Source: Candidatus Latescibacterota bacterium
Lineage (GTDB): Bacteria > Latescibacterota > UBA2968
Assembly (NCBI GenBank): GCA_965204375.1
Contig: OZ241986.1
Span: 3,936,001-4,000,000, forward strand
Length of the DNA: 64,000 nucleotides
Reading direction: 5' to 3'
Part shown: positions 58,171-64,000 of the stretch, piece by piece
Numbering within the stretch: position 1 is the stretch's first letter
Layout: each line of letters opens with the position of its first letter
Program-made: the position numbers and the translations under genes
The notes under the pieces: model-generated
The model's database searches: none
Told to the model about the DNA's origin: nothing
What the model saw: the letters and a program-made list of their open reading frames with translations, nothing else

Positions 58171-59498
58171 AACTCGCGCCACCAGTACGGATTGGACATC
58201 TCCCCCGGATGAGTGGAATGAACCAATTCGTAAAATCCCGTACCCCGCCGATCTCTAAACACAAATTCGTAGCGCCGCGCGGTCTCGTAAAACCACACCT
58301 CCGAAGGCTTCTGACCCGCAGCAGAAGTCCGATAATCAATATCATCGGGCGGCCCGTATTGAATATAAACCCGTCCCCGGTCCGTATCCGATCCCCGCTG
58401 CCATCTGCCAATCCCAAAATGCGTCTCCACATAATGCACACGCATCAAATGCTGAAGCAGGCGCTCATTAGTCGGCGTATCGGGCGCGTCGTCCAACTGC
58501 TTCCAGAAAACCTTCAAAAACGCCAGCCTGGCGGGCCAGCTCTCCAGCGCGTCATAAGACCGCCGCGTCTTCTCATCGGCGACATACCGGATATCTGCAT
58601 AATACCGGATCAAATCCCTCTGCACCTGCGTAAGCCCTTCGGGCAAATCTTTTGAAACCAGAAAAATGGGACGCCTCGTCTGAAAATACTGCCGACTACT
58701 CCCATCAAACGCCTCCACCTGAAGATCATAAGTACCCTCCCGCAAACCCTCTGTATCCAGAACCTCCGCCCTCACACAACTCTCCCCTGGCTTTAAAAAC
58801 CGCTTCGCGGGATAAGTACGCACAACCATCCCCTCCGCATCGATCAGACGGTACCCCATAATAAAACTCTCTCCCGACAACGACAGATTATACACCTCAA
58901 AATAAATCTGCAGCGGCTCTCCGATAACATAATTTCGGGTAATATTCGGCACGACCTTCCAGCCCTGCTTGACAAACCGATGCACCTCCCCGCTTCGCGC
59001 CACATGAGAAGATAGTTGCAAATCGCTAAACACCAATCCCACGCGACGCTCGTAATCCGGTATCTGAAGCGACGCAGTACAACGCCCGCTCTCCTCCGCA
59101 TGGATATCCTTAATCTGCACAATCAGCCGATAATCTCCCGGCTTCAAATCAAAATAAACCGCATCCTTAAACGGCGCCCCGATCCCCACATCCAGCTCTG
59201 GAACAGCAACCTGCTGAACCCATGTCCGATGAGCCACCCGATTATCCAGCGTATCCAGCACCACAGCAACCAGAGAAATCTTCCCAACAGACTCCCCCGC
59301 CTGTTCTCGAAGCTCGAGCTGGCTCGCATCCAGCAACAAAGCCACCTCCTGGCGAGTATAACCTTCAGGACCCCGAAAAGCTGACAAATCGACAAAAAAA
59401 CGCAGGTTGCCCGTACTCGACAAAGGCAAATCCTGCGCTATTATGCCACCCGCCTGCGACCAGATGAGCAGCACCGCGACACAACGTATCCATCTCAT
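58167..59498 (-). CDS. GWxTD-domain protein
   Basis: 'FW...D..PDTP.NE', 'G..TDRGRVYI.YGPPD', 'EVW.Y'; signal peptide. Confidence 0.88.
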   Translation of the reverse strand: MRWIRCVAVLLIWSQAGGIIAQDLPLSSTGNLRFFVDLSAFRGPEGYTRQEVALLLDASQLELREQAGESVGKISLVAVVLDTLDNRVAHRTWVQQVAVPELDVGIGAPFKDAVYFDLKPGDYRLIVQIKDIHAEESGRCTASLQIPDYERRVGLVFSDLQLSSHVARSGEVHRFVKQGWKVVPNITRNYVIGEPLQIYFEVYNLSLSGESFIMGYRLIDAEGMVVRTYPAKRFLKPGESCVRAEVLDTEGLREGTYDLQVEAFDGSSRQYFQTRRPIFLVSKDLPEGLTQVQRDLIRYYADIRYVADEKTRRSYDALESWPARLAFLKVFWKQLDDAPDTPTNERLLQHLMRVHYVETHFGIGRWQRGSDTDRGRVYIQYGPPDDIDYRTSAAGQKPSEVWFYETARRYEFVFRDRRGTGFYELVHSTHPGEMSNPYWWREF

Positions 59499-59512
59499 GG
59501 CGTATTTTCCTG

Positions 59513-59552
59513 TCAGAATCAGGATTTTCAGGATTTAAGGATTTTCAGAATT
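59513..59552. repeat. 9-mer tandem repeat (TCAGGATTT-like)
   Basis: Read directly at the PhyH/GWxTD junction. Confidence 0.65.
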
Positions 59553-60323
59553 CCACACCTCACAGCCCCTAAACAGCATAGTCTTACCCGGAACATATCG
59601 CGGGCGCGCCGCATACACATTCGCAACATCCGGAGAGGCTTTGCCGCGCACGAGAATATTCTCGTGATCTTCTCTATTCACCCATGTCGTCGTGGGAATA
59701 TACCGCAACGTGAGACCAACGCGCCACTGGTCTGAAGTATTGGCATTGGAACCGTGGATAATATTCGGATTGTGGATCGAAACATCGCCCGCATCAAGCT
59801 CCAGATCAACCGCATCAGAATCGTCAATCTGATCCGGATGAATCCCCACGCCGAGCACGTATTTTTTCTGGTCCAGATCAATGAGATCGCGGCGCTTGAG
59901 CAAATGCTTATTATGCGTTCCCGGCAACACCCGCATACAGCCATTTTCAACCGTCGAAGGCGTCCCCGCAACCCACAAAGTCGTCACCTCCATCGGCTCG
60001 AGGGGCCAATAAGACCCGTCTTGATGCCACTGCACAGCCTGACCATCGCCCGGGGGTTTGGCGATATAATGTGCGGCAAACATCGCGACATCGGACCCGA
60101 GAAACTGTTCCGCAATATCCACAAGACGTTCATCCCCCACGAGCCGGTGCATAAAAGGATCGCGGGCGAGCAAATGGTGATGCAAACGCTCGGGACGCAC
60201 GCCGGGATTCCTCTCGATAAGCCAGTGGACGTGTTGCACCGTCTCCTCTGCGAGCGCCGCATCAATAGCCTTACGCGCAATAACATAGCCATTTTGATCG
60301 TATTCACTACGCAAATTATTCAT
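59535..60323 (-). CDS. PhyH-family dioxygenase
   Basis: 'KPPG', 'WHQD.SYW', 'ENGCM..LPG.H', 'HGS.AN.S'. Confidence 0.92.
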   Translation of the reverse strand: MNNLRSEYDQNGYVIARKAIDAALAEETVQHVHWLIERNPGVRPERLHHHLLARDPFMHRLVGDERLVDIAEQFLGSDVAMFAAHYIAKPPGDGQAVQWHQDGSYWPLEPMEVTTLWVAGTPSTVENGCMRVLPGTHNKHLLKRRDLIDLDQKKYVLGVGIHPDQIDDSDAVDLELDAGDVSIHNPNIIHGSNANTSDQWRVGLTLRYIPTTTWVNREDHENILVRGKASPDVANVYAARPRYVPGKTMLFRGCEVWNSENP

Positions 60324-60324
60324 A

Positions 60325-61782
60325 TCACCCCGACCTGATCTCTCGCAACCGATCCGCCATCCGCTCGGCAACATTGGGATGGATTGACGCCACATTCTCA
60401 ATCTGCCCAATATCGCCCGAAAGATTATAGAGTTGCGGAACAGGGGAATTGCCAGTCTCAATATTCACATTCGTATTCACAGGCGGACCCTGGTGCGGCG
60501 GAATAAACACCCAATCTCCCTGCCGCAAAACGGTCTTTGCCTGAACACCCTCCAGAACGATCTCCGCACGACCCTCATCGCTTTGCCCCAGCAGAGCATC
60601 GAGAACATCCACGCTATCGGGACCTGCATCCGCATCCAGCGAAACACCTGCAAGAGCGGCAAAAGACGCAAAAAAATCGACCTGACTGACCAGCGCCTCA
60701 GATTCCCCGATCTCCACATTACCGGGCCAGGAAACGATAAAAGGCACGCGAGTACCCCCATCGTACATACTGTATTTTCCCCCGCGCAACGGACCTGCTG
60801 GCCGGTGATCGCCGCACAACTCAACCGCCTCATCGTAATAACCATCATTCAGCACCGGACCATTATCGCTGGAAAAAACCACAATCGTATCTTCTTTTAA
60901 ACCACATCGTTCAAGCGCATTGAGCATCTCGCCAACACACCAGTCCATCTCGGCAATCGCATCGCCGCGCGGACCCAATCCAGTGCTCCCCACAAATCTG
61001 GGATGGGGCAAACGCGGAACATGGGGCTGGTGGAACGCGTAATACAGGAAAAAAGGACCATCCTTGTTCTCTTCCACAAATGAAACGGCCTTATCCAAAA
61101 ACACATCGGCCATATCTTCATCCACCCAAAGAGCAGCCTCGCCCCCTCTCATATACCCGATCCGACTCACCCCATTGACAATACTCATATCGTGCCCGTG
61201 GTGGAACATCATCTTCAGCAACTCGGGATTGTCCTTCCCGGTCGGCAAACCCGGAAACGGCTTATTCTTATCGTACTCCACCTCAATCGGATCGGACGGA
61301 TCGAGACCCACCACATCTCTGCCATCCAGATACACACAGGGCACGCGATCATTGGTCGCAGCCATAATAAAGGACTCGTCAAAACCAATATCCAGAGGTG
61401 TCAGCGGAAGCGGCTCATTCCAATTTTGATACCCCTCGCCAATACCCAGATGCCATTTGCCAACAACACCCGTTGTATAACCCGCCTCCTTGAGCACAGA
61501 AGGCAACGTAGCAGTATCGGGATCTATAATAAGTGGCGCATCGCCGGGCAAAATATGCGCGCGTTCATTGCGCCAGGAATAAGACCCCGTAAGCAAGCTA
61601 TAGCGCGAAGGCGTACACGTCGCCGCCGTGGCATACCCCTGATAAAACATCAAACCTTCAGAAGCCAAACGATCAATATTGGGCGTATCGAGCACCGTAG
61701 CACCGTAACAACTCACATCTCCAAAACCGAGATCATCCGCGTACATAACAACAATATTGGGGTGCCTTGCCGAATCCGTCAT
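60325..61782 (-). CDS. Arylsulfatase (Cys-type)
   Basis: 'PNIV...ADDLG.GD', 'CTPSR', 'GKWHLG', 'SDNG'. Confidence 0.95.
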   Translation of the reverse strand: MTDSARHPNIVVMYADDLGFGDVSCYGATVLDTPNIDRLASEGLMFYQGYATAATCTPSRYSLLTGSYSWRNERAHILPGDAPLIIDPDTATLPSVLKEAGYTTGVVGKWHLGIGEGYQNWNEPLPLTPLDIGFDESFIMAATNDRVPCVYLDGRDVVGLDPSDPIEVEYDKNKPFPGLPTGKDNPELLKMMFHHGHDMSIVNGVSRIGYMRGGEAALWVDEDMADVFLDKAVSFVEENKDGPFFLYYAFHQPHVPRLPHPRFVGSTGLGPRGDAIAEMDWCVGEMLNALERCGLKEDTIVVFSSDNGPVLNDGYYDEAVELCGDHRPAGPLRGGKYSMYDGGTRVPFIVSWPGNVEIGESEALVSQVDFFASFAALAGVSLDADAGPDSVDVLDALLGQSDEGRAEIVLEGVQAKTVLRQGDWVFIPPHQGPPVNTNVNIETGNSPVPQLYNLSGDIGQIENVASIHPNVAERMADRLREIRSG

Positions 61783-61919
61783 ATTTTTTTTATCCTTTCT
61801 AATAGAACTACTGGCGCAATTGTATCCCGTTGCGTACATTACGGGTTCGCAATATAGGACGTTATCCAAACCGCAAGCAAGCGGAAATACTTGCCACACT
61901 CATTGAACAAGGAGAATAT

Positions 61920-62696
61920 ATGATTACTCGACTAACGATTCTCGCGGTATTGCTGAGCACAATGGCCCAGGCGGAAACCAATCCCCCAGCCGAAGGATTC
62001 AACCAGTCAGAATCAGATACAAAAGCAATTGAAATTGCCGATGCAGTCATGGAAAAAATGGGCGGATGGGAAAATTGGAATCAGACCCGATACATCACAT
62101 GGCGTTTCTTTGGACGGCGTCTGCACGTATGGGACAAATGGACGGGCAACCTGCGGCATGAAGACGGGGACATGCTCATCTTGACGAACATAAACACCAA
62201 AAAAGGCCGCGTCTGGTTCGGCGGAACAGAGCAAACAAACCCCGACTCTGTAAAAAAATATATGAATCAGGGTTACAGGCGATGGATCAACGACTCCTAC
62301 TGGCTCGTCATGCCCTATAAATTGAAAGACACGGGCGTCACCTTAAAATACAGCGGCGAAGACAAAACCCTGGAGGACCGCCCCGCACACAAATTAACTC
62401 TCACCTTTCAAAACACCGGCGTCACGCCGCGAAACAAATACGATGTATGGGTAGATAAAGAGCACAACCTGGTCACAGAATGGGCATTTTATCGCAACGC
62501 ATCGGACGCAGAACCGCGATTCCGCAGCCCGTGGACAAACTGGACAAAACACGGCAACATCCTGCTCTCCGACGGACGCGGGTCAACGCGCAGAGGCGAA
62601 CGCAAGCATACGGATATAGCCGTCTTTGATATATTGCCAGCCTCGGTATTTGAAAGCCCCGACCCCGTAGATATGATGGCATTGAAGAATCGGTAG
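61920..62696 (+). CDS. Secreted hypothetical protein
   Basis: AGGAG RBS, signal peptide, 'MGG.E.W', 'WINDSYWL.MPYKL.D.GV'. Confidence 0.8.
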   Translation: MITRLTILAVLLSTMAQAETNPPAEGFNQSESDTKAIEIADAVMEKMGGWENWNQTRYITWRFFGRRLHVWDKWTGNLRHEDGDMLILTNINTKKGRVWFGGTEQTNPDSVKKYMNQGYRRWINDSYWLVMPYKLKDTGVTLKYSGEDKTLEDRPAHKLTLTFQNTGVTPRNKYDVWVDKEHNLVTEWAFYRNASDAEPRFRSPWTNWTKHGNILLSDGRGSTRRGERKHTDIAVFDILPASVFESPDPVDMMALKNR

Positions 62697-62789
62697 TATC
62701 CGCAGATGGACGCAGATAGACACAGATGAAATATGAGCTACTGTCAAGGTGTAAAGCGCAGTACTGAGTTATGAAGCATCAATGTAAAT

Positions 62790-63233
62790 CTATCCCGCAA
62801 GAATATTCTTCAGCGAATCAAAACCGCCTTGAAAGACCCCATTACCGACAAAATCGACAAGCTCATCTTCTTCATCTGCTGGACAGCCAAATTCCGCGGT
62901 CCACTGAATATACGTCCGATTGCCATCCGTAACAGGTGTCAAACTCAGCGTTGCCACATAGTCTTCAACCGACATAGGCGACTCGAGAATAGAATACGTA
63001 CACGTAAAAGTGACATCGCTCAACGTCAGCAACTGTTCGCGAATATTGCCGCCATCATTCAAATTAAAATTGCGAATACAGCCCACGCTATCGCTGGATT
63101 CACCACCTTCAATATGGCTATCTGCAACCGCGGGATGCCATTCGGGCAGCGCATTAAAATCGCGAATTTTTTCCCACACAGCATCCACTGATGCGTCGAG
63201 AACCGAACTGACAAATACATTGGCCTTAGCCAT
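62790..63233 (-). CDS. SRPBCC/polyketide cyclase family protein
   Basis: 'VW..IRDFN.L..WHP', 'G.IR', 'T.IQW.AEF'. Confidence 0.9.
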   Translation of the reverse strand: MAKANVFVSSVLDASVDAVWEKIRDFNALPEWHPAVADSHIEGGESSDSVGCIRNFNLNDGGNIREQLLTLSDVTFTCTYSILESPMSVEDYVATLSLTPVTDGNRTYIQWTAEFGCPADEEDELVDFVGNGVFQGGFDSLKNILAG

Positions 63234-63290
63234 TTCATCTTCCTCCCTGTGTTATTGTTTAAATAGCGCAGCAAGTTGGTAGAATACAGT

Positions 63291-64000
63291 TTAAGATGCC
63301 ATCTCTCTCCATTCCAGACGGACTTTAAGTTCGTTCAATTGCCTCCAGGGAAGATGGCCTTCATATTGAAGCCTTCCGACGACGATACCCGGAGCAATAC
63401 CCTGTTCGTCAGCGAATGCACAAATCACCTCCTCTTCGCACGGACAACTTGCAACAAACCGCTCCCACGCGTGCTTCGGCACCAGCCTGTTTGTCGCCCA
63501 TTCATTCGCTTCGGCTTCAAGGTCTGCGATCTCATCCTGCTTCATGCCATCAATAAATACGCTCTTCTTGCTGTGGAGAAGAACATGTGCGGCCTCGTGG
63601 AACAGGCTGAACCACAAATGGTCGTCTGTCTTGTAGCGTGCGCTCAACTGGATTATAGCCTTCCGAGGGGAAAGCCACCGCGCTGCCCCGCTAAGGGCTG
63701 TTCTCGGCAGAGGCTTAATCAGAGCCAGGGCAACGCCAGCTTGATTGCAGAGTTGTTGCGCGTCGGATAGCCCTTTTTCTATCGGTACTCGCGTCAGTTT
63801 GCGAATCTCTTGCAACGCCTGTTTAAAACGCATCTCATTGTAGTCGGCGCAATCCTGTTGTCCAGCATCAAGCTCTCCGAGCCGGAGCCATGTTGCCAGC
63901 GCAATCTCGTCACTTTCAAAACTCGGCGAATGTCGATACGCCACATTCGCCAAACTATATTTCATGTGCCAGGCCTTAATCGAACCAACGCCGAAAAATG
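63291..64000 (-). CDS. ImmA/IrrE-family metallopeptidase domain protein (5' end beyond window)
   Basis: 'SGAARW', 'DD..WFSLFHEAAHVLLH', 'E.EAN'; frame open to the window edge. Confidence 0.88.
   Translation of the reverse strand, partial: FFGVGSIKAWHMKYSLANVAYRHSPSFESDEIALATWLRLGELDAGQQDCADYNEMRFKQALQEIRKLTRVPIEKGLSDAQQLCNQAGVALALIKPLPRTALSGAARWLSPRKAIIQLSARYKTDDHLWFSLFHEAAHVLLHSKKSVFIDGMKQDEIADLEAEANEWATNRLVPKHAWERFVASCPCEEEVICAFADEQGIAPGIVVGRLQYEGHLPWRQLNELKVRLEWREMAS

Overview
Bacterial window with three parts. The secreted EF-hand/cohesin, Sel1 and WD40 proteins and many PhyH dioxygenases resemble Latescibacterota/Gemmatimonadota-like symbiont genomes, but the taxon is inference only. 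(1) 1-9.2 kb, minus strand: a CRISPR locus in the order cas6 - TPR/AEP primase-polymerase (CAPP) - cas1 - cas2 - leader - 18-repeat array - RT - Csx1-like gene. The RT is a full-length group II intron-type RT/maturase/HNH protein with no room for intron RNA around it. The Csx1-like CARF-HEPN protein has a second C-terminal CARF domain, runs off the window edge and is absent from the ORF track. No cas10 is visible in the window. (2) 9.2-31.7 kb, minus strand: an accessory island of secreted proteins and lipoproteins (M8-like peptidase, Sel1/WD40/caspase, LPP20, MltC) with caspase gene debris. It also holds an IS1182-like element nested in an IS256 terminal repeat, an IS1380, a promoter- and terminator-bounded ~195-nt structured RNA candidate, and a duplicated leader element. 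(3) 31.8-64 kb: mostly housekeeping and catabolic genes (aspC, SDR, IlvD-type dehydratase, phosphomutase, recG, hflKC, coaE, gcvPAB, PhyH cluster, sulfatase), with two small inserts: an unknown two-gene pair and an HTH - coiled-coil - M.EcoRV-like methylase cassette. All family calls come from motif recognition, not database searches.
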